Source: Takakia lepidozioides (Eukaryota; Plantae; Bryophyta). Taken from it: 64,000 bases of DNA. Below, piece after piece: positions 53,174 through 64,000 of the stretch. Position 1 is the stretch's first letter. The number at the start of each line of letters is the position of its first letter. Under the pieces are notes generated by a model. That model was not told where the DNA came from. It saw nothing but the letters and a program-made list of their open reading frames with translations, and ran no database searches. Location: contig CM060731.1 of the NCBI GenBank assembly GCA_030704615.1, positions 6,448,001-6,512,000 on the forward strand, in the 5' to 3' direction. Made by a program: the position numbers and the translations under genes.

Positions 53174-53570
53174 GCACCACAGTTGCATGTACCTAGGTAG
53201 ATGTTGCCATCTGGGGTGCATAGTGCATAATCAGCCATCCCTGCCGATTTTGCCTGTCGAATCGGCATGTACACCCTGGGTGGCCGATTCGGCCAAATAA
53301 ATTGGCATGTGGAAAGGGCCTAATATGCCTTACCTGATTTTAACGTACTGCTGAACATGACATGATAGATGACAAACCCTAGATATCTCACTGACCTACT
53401 CTATCGTTATGTCTTCTCACCATCCCTTCTTTAAAAACATTTCTCGTATTTTGATTAACAAGGTTTGACGGCAGATGGTTTCACTTAAATTACTTTACCT
53501 GCAGGGATGTAATGTGAGACATGTGTTATCTAGGGCAGGTGTTATCTGGGGAAGGTGTAACAAGGAGTTG

Positions 53571-53770
53571 TTTTTTTTTTTTTACATTGATGGGTCTCCT
53601 CTTTAGGGAGGAGCCAATAAAGAAGACGCCTCTCGTAGGCAGCATAAATTACATAATGTCTCCTCATCCCGAATCTCGAAGGATTATTGCCTTCCATTAG
53701 AGGGTGGACACTTTGAACCCTACATCACCTATGTAGAGAGAAGGCACAAACACGAACCATTAGGCTATCT
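53571..53770 (-). mobile_element. tRNA-derived SINE
   Basis: Minus strand: A-box-like TAGCCTAATGG, B-box-like GGTTCAAAG, poly(A) tail (poly-T at ~53571-53583 on +). Confidence 0.5.
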
Positions 53771-54433
53771 ATTCAAGTGCACACTTGGCTATCATTGCTT
53801 CGTATTACTTGTGACTTCTGAGAATAATGTTCAATTTTTATTAATTAATTAATCAATCTTGAAATAATAAGTTATTCAATCAATTAATGGTACTATTTTT
53901 ATTATAGAGAGAAAATACTCAAGCTAGAGCTGATGTAACTAGAAGACCCCTACTATACATTCATACCTTGTCCACACTACAACAGATTGCGGCTTTTATG
54001 ACTTCCATGGGTGCGCAGTCATGACAGATTTGTGGCAGAAATGCCATTTGTAGTCGTAAAATGCTTTTGAAGTCATAATGCAGGTCTGGAGAAGGCGTAT
54101 ATGCGACTGCATGGCTTCGAACTCTGCGCAACACAGGTCAAACATGTTTGACCACGAATATTGGCATGGTAGATATGACTACCAGTCACGGTCATGGCTA
54201 CACTAGAATGACGTGTGCATATTGCAAGACAGACATATGACTTCATGACTCTCACTCTAATGCATTATGCCAGATCATCACATGGATGAATCACTACATG
54301 ACTACACGTGTCGACACATGCTTTTCTGGTTATATATATAATATATGAGTATTTATATCTTAAAAAAACGGAGACTCTTACCACTAGAATGAATTAAAAA
54401 AACCCAAAAAAAACAAAGATTTAAAAAAAATCA

Positions 54434-54620
54434 CATCGGCTGGTAAGTGCACAGTGTGTCGCCCTTGTGGTTTGGGGTTCAAACCCGCTGCCCTTATCCC
54501 GTGTGTGGGATTGTTCGAGACGGTATGTCTTGACGTTGATCGTCCTGTAGGTCTTATGGCCCATAAATGAAGGCGGGTGAATTTTCCCCCTCCTCAAGGG
54601 CTTGTGGTTTCCTTTAAGAG

Positions 54621-54650
<30 letters not shown>
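54434..54650 (+). mobile_element. tRNA-derived SINE inserted in the CACTA
   Basis: B-box GGTTCAAACC at ~54476, ~30-nt poly(A), flanking direct repeat AAAAAAAATCA. Confidence 0.7.
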
Positions 54651-54655
<5 letters not shown>

Positions 54656-56601
54656 AAAAGGGGCTTTTAGGGTTTACAAAAAGGTTAAAAACTTAAAAAG
54701 TTGCCCATCACAGTAGCGTGAACAGACTTAGAGCGAGCGGGAGGGAGAGAGAGAGAGGGTTGGGACTTAGAGCGAGCGAGCGAGCGGGAGAGAGGGCAAA
54801 CATGCATGGGAGGCCCGCAGTTGGATCAACCTTCGCATCTGGAGCAAGCAACCCTAGAAACGCTAGGGTATGTGTGCGAGGAGGTTTCGGCTGGGAGCCC
54901 GCCGTTCTTGGGAGAGTCAGCTTCGTCTTAGCAGGCCGTGTTTCAATCTCTACCCGCTCGGCCCTGATTTTACAGCACGGAGCAGAGCTGGCATGAGTTT
55001 CTAAAAGATCCTTCACGATGGTGGGACAACCGCAATCGCAAGGTGTGGCTTTTTCTTAATGTACGATGTGAAGAAGTTTGTCCATCCTGCAAATGTGGGT
55101 TGGCTCTCCTGTTAGTACCATGATTTGGTATTCTTCCTGATGTTTACAAGGTTCTTGGGAGAGTTAGCTTGGTCTTAGTAGGCCGTGTTTCAATCTCTGC
55201 CCACTCAGCTGCACCGTGGTGGTTCTCACTGACCAATCCGACATTACCTAACTACAGACACAAGCAGCACACACTAGAGGTCATCTTGGGTTCATGTTCA
55301 GTCAAATCCTCCATGGGTCATGACACAAGGTCGAGGACAATGTGGCGAGGGCACCTTCTTCTTCGACTTATTTCAGCCTATTTTGCCCTCTCATCAGACT
55401 CGGCCCTGAATTTGAATCATGGAGCAGAGCTGGCATGAGTTTTTTTAAGATCCTTCACGAGGGTGCGACCACAATCGCAAGGTGTGGTTTTTTTTTAATG
55501 TACGATGTGCAGAATTTTGTCCATCCTGCAAATGTGGGTTGTTGGCTCCTGTTAGTACCATGATTTGATATTCTTCCTGATGTTTACAAGGTTCTTGGGA
55601 GAGTCAGCTTGGTCTTAGCAGACCGTGTTTCAAAGTCTGCCTGCTCAGCTGCACCGTGGTGCAGGTTCTCATTGACCAATCCGACATTACCTGACTACAG
55701 ACACAAGCATCACACACAAGGTCAAATCCTCCATGGGTCATGACACAAGGTCAAGGACAGTGTGGTGAGGGCACCTTCTTCTTTGACCTATTTCAGCATG
55801 TTTTGTCCTCTCATCAGACGCCCTGAGATGCATATTGAATTTTGTAAGTTAGCTCATTGCTCGTTGATAAGTAGGGTTGGGGGTGTTTGCTGGAACAATT
55901 CTAGGCTGTCATTGTCAGCTGCTAGCAGGAAGGCAAGGATGTATGCATAGATAGCTGAAGGATTTTGTGCAGAGGCATAGATAGCTGAAGGAGCAGGGAT
56001 AGAGTGTGGGCCCAAATTCGTCCAAGAGGGCCGGATTTCAAGCTCCATTATTTCAGTGTCATCCATTCAGCCAAGGTGACATTGCCAAGGCTTTACTCGC
56101 AACACGATGCTTGTAAAGCTTCCTTAGCTTGAATGCTGATTATGCTTGAATTATTAGGTTTGTAAAGCCAGTTTTGAAATTTTCATGGTAATCAGCTCTC
56201 TTGAAAATCTGTAGGTTGCAAGCCATTTACAGCGGGCCGTGGGTGGACTGGAAGACAGCCATTGAAAGTCCTGGTGCAAGTTAATACCAGTGGAGAGCAG
56301 AATAAGCTTCATATGCCCTTTTGGTGCTAGTTATCTTCATGTATGGTACTGTTGAACACCAACAATCTTTTGGTGAGATTCTGTCTTGGTGCACATGTCT
56401 GATAAAGAAAGACGGTAATGTTTGTTCTGAAACCTGAAGGCGTGAAATGATTCACCACAACAAGAGCATTACGCGTGTCACAGTACAAGCTGTAAGAAAG
56501 CAAGAGATACATAGTTATACAGTCAAACAGACAACTATCAGTTTCTGTGGAATCTCTTGCCAATGGCAGGATGGGTTGGGAATAGCCAAGTCAGGAGGTG
56601 A

Positions 56602-57093
56602 ATGCCTGTCAAATTACCACATGTCCTTTTGAACACTGCCCCTGCCCTGGTGGACATGTACGCCAATTGTGGGTGCATTGAGGATGCAAAGGGAGTGTTC
56701 AACACTGTGGCTGAACGAGATGTGGTGTCGTGGAGTGCGATGCTTGCTAGGTATGCACAGCTGGGGTGCGGGATGGAGGCTCCAACCTTTGAGAAAATGA
56801 TGGGGGAAGGGGTGAAGGCCGCCGACATAACGTTTGTGTGCATTTGCAGTGCGTCTGCAGCCCTGGAAAATGGCAAAGAGATCCATGGTGACATCATCAA
56901 ATCTGCAATTGTACCAGATGTCATCCTGAACATGGCTCTGGTGGCCATGTATGCTAAATGTGGGAGCATTGAGGATGCCAAGGGAGTGTTCAACACTATG
57001 GCTGAACTAGATGTGGTGTCGTGGAATGCGATGCTTGAAGGGTGTGCAGAGCAGGAGCGCGGGATGGGGCTTTGGACACCTGAAAGCAAATGA
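56602..57093 (+). pseudogene. PLS-class pentatricopeptide repeat (PPR) gene fragment
   Basis: ALVDMYANCGCIEDAKGVFNTVAERDVVSWSAML...ALVAMYAKCGSIEDAKGVFNTMAELDVVSWNAML; no E/DYW end; further degenerate PPR-like sequence at 57860-58250. Confidence 0.88.
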
Positions 57094-60000
57094 TGGAGAA
57101 AAGAACGAAGGTACCTTCTTCAACATATTTCACCCTGTTTTCCCTACTAGTGTTTGCTTTGACAATTCTAGGCTGTCATTGTCAGCTGCTAGCAGCAAGG
57201 CGAGGATGTATGCATGATTTGTGCAGAGGCATGGATAGCTGAAGGAGCAGGGATTTCGTGTGGGTCCAGATTCATCCAAGAAGGCCAGATTTCAAGCACA
57301 AGATTACCTGTGATTCCTTGTGGATCAATAGCTACAAGAAACCTGCATGGGTAGATGGTCAACTGGGAATAGCGGCACAAGTGATAAAATCAGGCACTGC
57401 TAATGAAGGCATCTTCTTCAACACATTTCACCCTGTTTTTCCCTCTTATCAGAATCGGCCCTAAATTTACATGTTCAATTCTGCAAGTTAGCTGGTTGAG
57501 TGAATCTAGTTTGGAGTGACTTTGACATGATACTGCCAATGTGACAACAGGAAAGTGTCAAAAAAATAGGTAACAGAGATGAGGAGAAGCTGTGGAATGA
57601 ATACTTATCTGAGCCCAGTCACTGATGGGTCAACCGGGGCAGAAAGGTGAATGCCTGCTACATTTCAGAGAGTAGCAGACGCAATTCAGCATAGGAACTA
57701 GTGTACTACGCTGAGTTGGGTGTTTCCTAGAACAAATGTAGGCTGTCATTGTCAGTTGCTAGCAGCAAGGCAAGGATGAATGCTTGATTTGTGCAGAGGC
57801 ATGGATAGCTGAAGGAATAGAGATAGAGTGTGGGTGACGTAGGGTGCTGGGCAATGGGCAAGATGTCTTTGTATAAACGTGAGTGACCTTCCTATCATCC
57901 TGGGTTTCATTTTTAGTGCATGTTTCTTTGTGAAGTATCTGACGACTTCGCCAATACACACCAACCTTTTTGCTTTGGTTTGTTTAGGACATGGGATAGA
58001 AGTTACCATAAACAACACTGGCATTGGTTTTTCATATATGGTATTAGATAATTCTCTTAATTGTTTCTGCCTTGGCAGGTTGCTCAGTGACCTTCCCTGG
58101 ACGCTTTGGAGTATAGCGAGTGAGTGTCTCACAATGCAATATTGGTTGGTGCATCTTATGCAAGAACTTGGAAAACAAACAAATGTCCTTGTTGTAGTAA
58201 TTCTTAAAGCCATGCAAGCCGTTTTTGATGGGTTGCAGATTGATGGAATACATGAGTAGTTAGAAGATTATGGGTGAACACTTTTCAAAGTGTTATAGTT
58301 AGACAAAATAATTCACATGAGAACATGCGACTATTTAATGTATTTTTAGATCGCAACAAAAATGATAATGATAAATAGATTGGTAAATAGAGATGGTATG
58401 CAATCTCTTGGTTTTGCTCAGCTTGTTGCAGTTATGTCTTGCTGCCTTATTCTCTTTGTATTATATATTATATTTCATTGTTGTAATAGACATGTACATT
58501 ACTGCTATCATAGTCATAATAATGACTACATCTATTTTCACTCTCCAATAGTACTACACCACGTGGCAGAAATACAAATATGTAAAAAAATAGCAATACA
58601 CCCCAAAAAAACACCCATCATGACACATGTCAATCTGCTGATGGACCACGTGTAAAAACTGCAACGCGCCACATGTTGCAACCGGATTAGCACACCCGTA
58701 GTCATAGTTCGCAGTCATGGAGAGCTAAACACTCTGCCACGTGTCATTTCCTTCATCGAGCACGTGCCACTCTTGCACAGCCGCTGACATGGACTACACT
58801 GTCCATTCAGTCATTCAGTAAAGCCAGCGTGTATGACTACCCCCACAGCTGCTCTGGCGCCACGTGACAGCCAGCCTGGAGAGTCATATCTGCCATGTCA
58901 CAACTGACTAGGTCTTTACGTCTGCAGAGTCAGGAAGTCGTAAATGGCTTCCATGACTGCATTTGCAGTCATAACACAGAGACGTAAAAGCCGCAATTTG
59001 TTGTAGTGCCACCTGGACAATATTCCACAAGTCATGAATGACTTGTGGAAATATATATATTTGACTCCTCCCGAAGGAAGCGTAAATTATGGTGTCTCTT
59101 CACCCCGAAAGGTTACTGGCTTCCGCTAGGAAGGTAGACACCTTTGTGACACCAAGGGTGGATTGAACCCACAACCACTGAACCGAGGTGGTATGTGCCC
59201 ATTACCACTGGGCTACAACTCGGTTGTCGACTTGTGGAAATAGTTATCACCAACAAAGACCTTGGGCCAATATTATCACATCTGTTTTCTCTTCTTACTC
59301 GACAAACTCCCGAGCACGTTACTACATGCTGACCCAAACATTCTTGTCAGACTATGAAAAAAAAAAACTTCATAAACTTCCCCTTCACTCTAGCCCCTTT
59401 GCCCCTTGCATGCATGGTCTCATGCAGATAACGAAAAAAAAAAATCAAAACTCCCCCTTCACTCGAGCCCCTACGCCCCCTTGCGCGCGCGGTCCCACGC
59501 AGAGAATGCATAGCATCGAAGGCCGCAAAACCACTCTCACACAAGAGGAGGCAAAGAGTGGAAATGTAGGGGTATGGTGCTCTTTTATAGCCCCCACTTG
59601 AGCTTGCACGCGCCACCGCACCATTGGCTGCTATAGGCCGCGTAGCCCCACCGTCGTCTGACGGTCGCTAGGGTAACCACCCCACCATCGCCCAACAATC
59701 GCCGAACGCACCGGCCACCGCTGGGCCTTTCAAATTACTAAAATTTACTTTAATTAAATGAATTTTCTTCCGTGTAATTTCCGGGGGACCTGGACACTTA
59801 CATGTCGCAGAAGTGTTGCACTGTAGGAGTACATTTGGAAACTTGTTGTATGTGATCTCTAAGAAACTCAAAATCTACATGAGTTACATGCTATTGACAC
59901 TTGTATTTTTTGACTTGCAAACTGAAGCACGGAAAGCCTAGATCAAACTCTCCGTAGACATCCGCAAGCATCCAGGGGCTCAACATCAACTCCATAATGG

Positions 60001-61684
60001 TTTAAAAAATGCTTGGGGTAGGGAACGAATCATAATATAATCAAGAACTTCGACAGACGTCTAGAGCTCGGGTTCACACCAAGCTAGAGGAACATTGGGA
60101 TGTGTCATGACTCTCCCGAATTGGACCATGAAGTTAATTGGAAGCATCTGAAGGGAAAACAATAGACAAAATTGTGCTTCAATAGATAACTATATCCATC
60201 GCTTGGAGGGACCTTTCTCTATCTCTCTTATTTTCCTGTTGGGCTCACTCAGACAATTTCTTCACGGCCATCAATTTGCTTTATGATCTTCAACTGTTAG
60301 GCTTTGGATTACGATTTGGAAAACATGGACAAAGCATCGCTTTAAAGCTTGATTATGTGTGGTATTCCATCATGACTCGTTTGGCTATGGGCCGCTATAG
60401 CTTATCATGTTGTCGCACACCTCACCTGGTTATAAACTCCCCTTCAAGTCATATAAGTTACTGCTTTGATGCACGTGCCCTAACTCCCAAGTTGGCCGCT
60501 CAACCGACTTGGAGCTGTGGCTGCTCACCGGGGCATAACAAATCCCCTGGCGGTGACCCTCGCCCACCGAGCTCATTTTTAAATCCCTATTATTAAGGTA
60601 GTCCGGATTAGCTCCCCTACCTTAGTCTTGATAGCTTTCCGGCTTGTATGTTTGCTCACTAGCTTTGGTCACTCAATGGGTTTGCATCGTTCTCGGGGCC
60701 GTTACTACGCCCTATACATACTCTTGTAACTGTCCCCGGGGGTCTCACAAACAGCCCATGTCCTTTCGGATGCACCACCATAGTGACCCTCCACTTCATG
60801 TGAGAAGTCGTGGTGAGCCTCAGCCTACTCCCTACAGCCTATTGGCCCGCGGTGAGTCCCAAAAGTTCTCACGACTCCCACCTATTAAGCCCTCTTGTGA
60901 GTTGCCCCCACTCGCTCTATGCCTCTAGTACAACCCTGTGATTATCCCACTCGGGGGTCCCCACCGCCCATCAGTTCGGGGCCTCGCCTAGTGAGTGTAT
61001 TCTCCACCCAATGGCTGTTTAGCCCATTCCCACTTCTGTTGCTAGTCCATAGCTTTAAGAAAATAGGGAGGCTAGAGAGAGAGAGGGAGTTGCACATAAA
61101 TATTGGACCACTTCTCAAACTTCTTGTTCATGAATGTCCTCAGGCCTAAGGTAAATGCACAGATGGATGGATTAAAAAATTGTGTAACATGCAGTTTTTG
61201 CAGAGACCTCCCTCCATGGTTTTACCCATATTTGTCCAACAACTCAATATTTCATCTAAATTTTATGGTTTAGGGTTTCTAACTATAATAGATATGTAGG
61301 TTTGAAATGCACTACCTCACTAGTGACTACATCGACTGTGGGTTGGGAACCAGACACTCCTGCTGGTTGCATTGACTTGGGGGCTGCGACTTGTAGTTCA
61401 TACATGTGCAATATTGTTTCTACTGTGTCTGAATAGCAACACGGATGCTACGATCGATCTACTACGGCATTGCAACCAACACAATCCCTGCACACTGGGG
61501 ATGATCATGTCATTGCCTATGTGATTCAGACTTCAGAACATACAGACCATGCCATCAATGCACAAAATGAAATGAACTGCATGAAGAAGAGCACGTGACA
61601 ATGTATTAAGATAACACCTCAAAAGTGCCTCATACAGTGCACAAATCCATGAGTCCGTAACGACCAATATTGGAACCTGTTTCT

Positions 61685-62370
61685 GGATACTTCTATGTTG
61701 TCACTTTAGCAGTATCATATCAAAGTCACTCCAAACTATCAAAGGTTCACTCAACCAGCTAACTTGCAGAATTCAACATGAAAATTTAGGGCCGATTCTG
61801 ATAAGAGGGGAAAACAGGGTGAAGTGTGTTGAAGAAGGTGCCTTGATTAGCAGTGACTGATTTTTTGAATTGTGCCGCTGCTGCTGAGGCTTCCAGTTGA
61901 CCATGTACCCATGTAGGTTTCCCTTCCACAAGGAATCATAGGTAATCTGGAGCTTGAAATCCGGCCCTCTTGGATGAATTTGGACCCACACTCTGTACCT
62001 GCTCCTTCAGCTATCCATGCGTCTGCACAAATCATGCATTCATCCTTGCACTTGTTGCTAGCAGATGACAATGACAGCATAGAGTTGTTCTAGGAAACAC
62101 CCAACTTAGCTTATCACTCTAGTTCCTATGCTGAATTGTGTCGGCTACTCTCTGTAATCTAACAGGCATTCACCTTTTGGTCTTGATTGTCCCACCGTTG
62201 ACTGGGGTCAGAAACGTGTCCATTCCCCAATTTTTCCTCATCTCTGTTACCTATTTTCCGATACTTTTCCGGTGTCACATTGGCAGTATCATGTCAAAGT
62301 CACTCCAAACTAGATTCACTCAACCAGCTAACTTGAAGAATTCAACATGGAAATTTAGGGCCGGTTCTGA
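61685..62370 (-). repeat. Inverted, diverged copy of CACTA-internal sequence 57165-57830
   Basis: Reverse complement shares GCATGGATAGCTGAAGGAGCAGG, GGCCCTAAATTT, AAGTTAGCTGGTTGAGTGAA and CAGCATAGGAACTAG blocks. Confidence 0.75.
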
Positions 62371-62440
62371 AAAAAAGGAAAACATATTTTTTATATTAAT
62401 GAAATTTGCAATCGTGTTGATGACTGCGGGTTGGACCCCC

Positions 62441-63046
62441 TGTCAAGGACGAGAACATGACTGAACACAAACAAGAGATCAGACTAGAGGTACAAGACTA
62501 GGCAAGAAGTCAAGGTCGGCGTGGCCGTATGCACGATGAGTAAATAGGAATCAAGACGATCTTTATAACAATGAACAAGGGTACAAGATATTGGAACACG
62601 ACTTGAATACTGGAATGATGGAAACTGGACTGGATTACTAGATACTGGAAACTGGGCTAGGGTACTGGGAACTGGACTGGAGTAGTGGGAACTGGAAACA
62701 ATAGTAGCTTGAATTGGTGTTGGCGAGACTGCAGAGTGTCCAGTCTCGCCTCCTATATATACTGGCTACTCCTAAGAAGCTTCCCTTATGGAGGTTTCTT
62801 GATGGAGAAGCTTCCTTAAACAAAAGAGGTAACTTGATGGAGAAGTTTCCTCCAAAGAAAGCTTCCTGAGCAGTTTCCCAAGTAACTCTTGGTAATTTGG
62901 TAAACTCCCGGTAACATGGTAAGTAATGGTAAATCATGGTAGATCATGATAAATCATGATAAGTCATGGTAACTTCTAATAACATGGTAACTTGGTAACT
63001 TCTGGTATTTACTCCTGGTAAGTTCCTTTGGGCTATGTCCGTGACA
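62441..63046 (-). mobile_element. Intact 606-bp 3' LTR (family L2) with adjacent polypurine tract
   Basis: TGTCA...TGACA termini; purine-rich AGAGG...GGTGA tract directly upstream on the minus strand (63047-63059). Confidence 0.85.
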
Positions 63047-63106
63047 TCACCCCCCCTCTAGCGCCGAGTTCCTCGAGGAGCGGTAAAATCTTGGACTTGC
63101 TTAGAG

Positions 63107-64000
63107 GGGGGTTGTTTTTTCATAAGCCATGAGCAGATGAGCCATGAGCCATGAACAGAGTTCCCGAACCTCCTCCATACCAAAATCCGAAGGGACATTG
63201 GAGGCTCGGATCCGGTTCGGGATGTGTTCAAAGCTGACATGGCCACATACTTAATGTCTAGGATGTATAAATGCACGGTATTGGAAGGTGTACCACCCAA
63301 TTCCGCGCGTCACATACACTACCAGAGTTAACCGAGGGCGGAGGAAAACGAGAAGTCGGCAGCGACTTCTCGTGCCTGGTGATCAGTAAAGTCTGTGCCG
63401 ACTTCTGGAACAGATGACCTAGGGGAAATGTAATTTAAAAAAGGGCAAGCGGAAGTCTGTGCCGATTTCTCCCAAAAACAGATCGTGTGCTTCAGTAAAT
63501 AGGAAAATACAAGTAGGGACCGGGAAGTCTGTGCCGACTTCTGGCCCACAATGAAATGACATTAATTCGGAAAAAGGCAGGGACTGTGAATATTGCTTAG
63601 AATGCAGATGTACTCCAACATTTTCCATGCTTCAAGACAATCAGTCATACTACTTTTTTGCTCCATCCATTGCATGGAGCTGCACAGAAAATAAACACGA
63701 AACAAATTTTTGAATTTACATAAACGTTTAAGGGTAACAAGGTTAAGGAGTGCCCTCACTGGTAGCGTCCCCATATTCCATCTCCACATCATCCACCACT
63801 TTCTCGATGATCTCATCGACATCATCATCGTCCTCTTTTTCTGTCGATGGATCAGAGCTCTCACTACCTAGCATAGCACTATATTCTACCAGATGTTGAA
63901 CCTTCCTAAACTTTTTAACCGCTCGTGCCTCACCTGACCACATTGGCCTCTTCGACAATTCGGGGGATTCCTGCTGAGCTAGCCTTTCTGCCATCTTTGC
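63107..64000. mobile_element. Terminus of a third related MULE (element C), continues beyond the window
   Basis: GGGGGTTGTTTTTTCATAAGC matches B's TIR at 17/21 and is followed by CATGAGC repeats; it interrupts L2 sequence exactly at that point; has its own palindrome GAAGTCTGTGCCGACTTC x4 and an acidic ORF end pointing to the TIR. Confidence 0.75.

Larger units (their letters stand above)
53975..59008. mobile_element. Non-autonomous CACTA element carrying PPR gene fragments (Pack-CACTA)
   Basis: TIR CACTACAACAGATTGCGGCTTTTA / TAAAAGCCGCAATTTGTTGTAGTG, 3-bp TSD CCA, subterminal GTCAT/ATGAC repeats. Confidence 0.93.

Noticed and set aside
59010-61680. Possible further LTR or TE fragments
   Set aside because: No termini, TSD, second copy or coding motif visible in the window

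Overview
This is land-plant nuclear DNA (spliceosomal introns, PLS-class PPR and NPH3-like remnants; a non-seed plant is plausible but not proven). It is almost entirely nested transposons around one intact 3-exon host gene (HAPSTR1/C16orf72-like, 14556-17386, minus strand). The main discovery is a group of large Mutator-like (MULE) DNA transposons. Each carries a GCM/WRKY-like + DDE + SWIM transposase and, divergently transcribed, a multi-intron gene that fuses a ParB/Srx-like domain (VWDGNHR) to a beta-class amino-DNA-methyltransferase fold (DIPD ... LDLTCGTG). Element B is complete at 37669-50720, with G-initiated TIRs and a 9-bp TSD CTGCCAGGA. Element A (~89-10810) is a diverged relative truncated on the right. 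Element C starts at 63107 and runs off the window. Each element is studded with its own variant of a palindrome centred on TCGGCGCCGA, amplified into tandem arrays in intergenic, intronic and subterminal DNA. A and B show stops and frameshifts; too little of C is visible to judge. Other content: two non-autonomous CACTA elements with 3-bp TSDs (one carrying PPR fragments), two LTR-retrotransposon families, an RLE-type LINE fragment, a Helentron-like fragment, two SINEs, a foldback MITE and an NPH3/BTB pseudogene. All calls come from reading the sequence and ORF track; no database searches were run.
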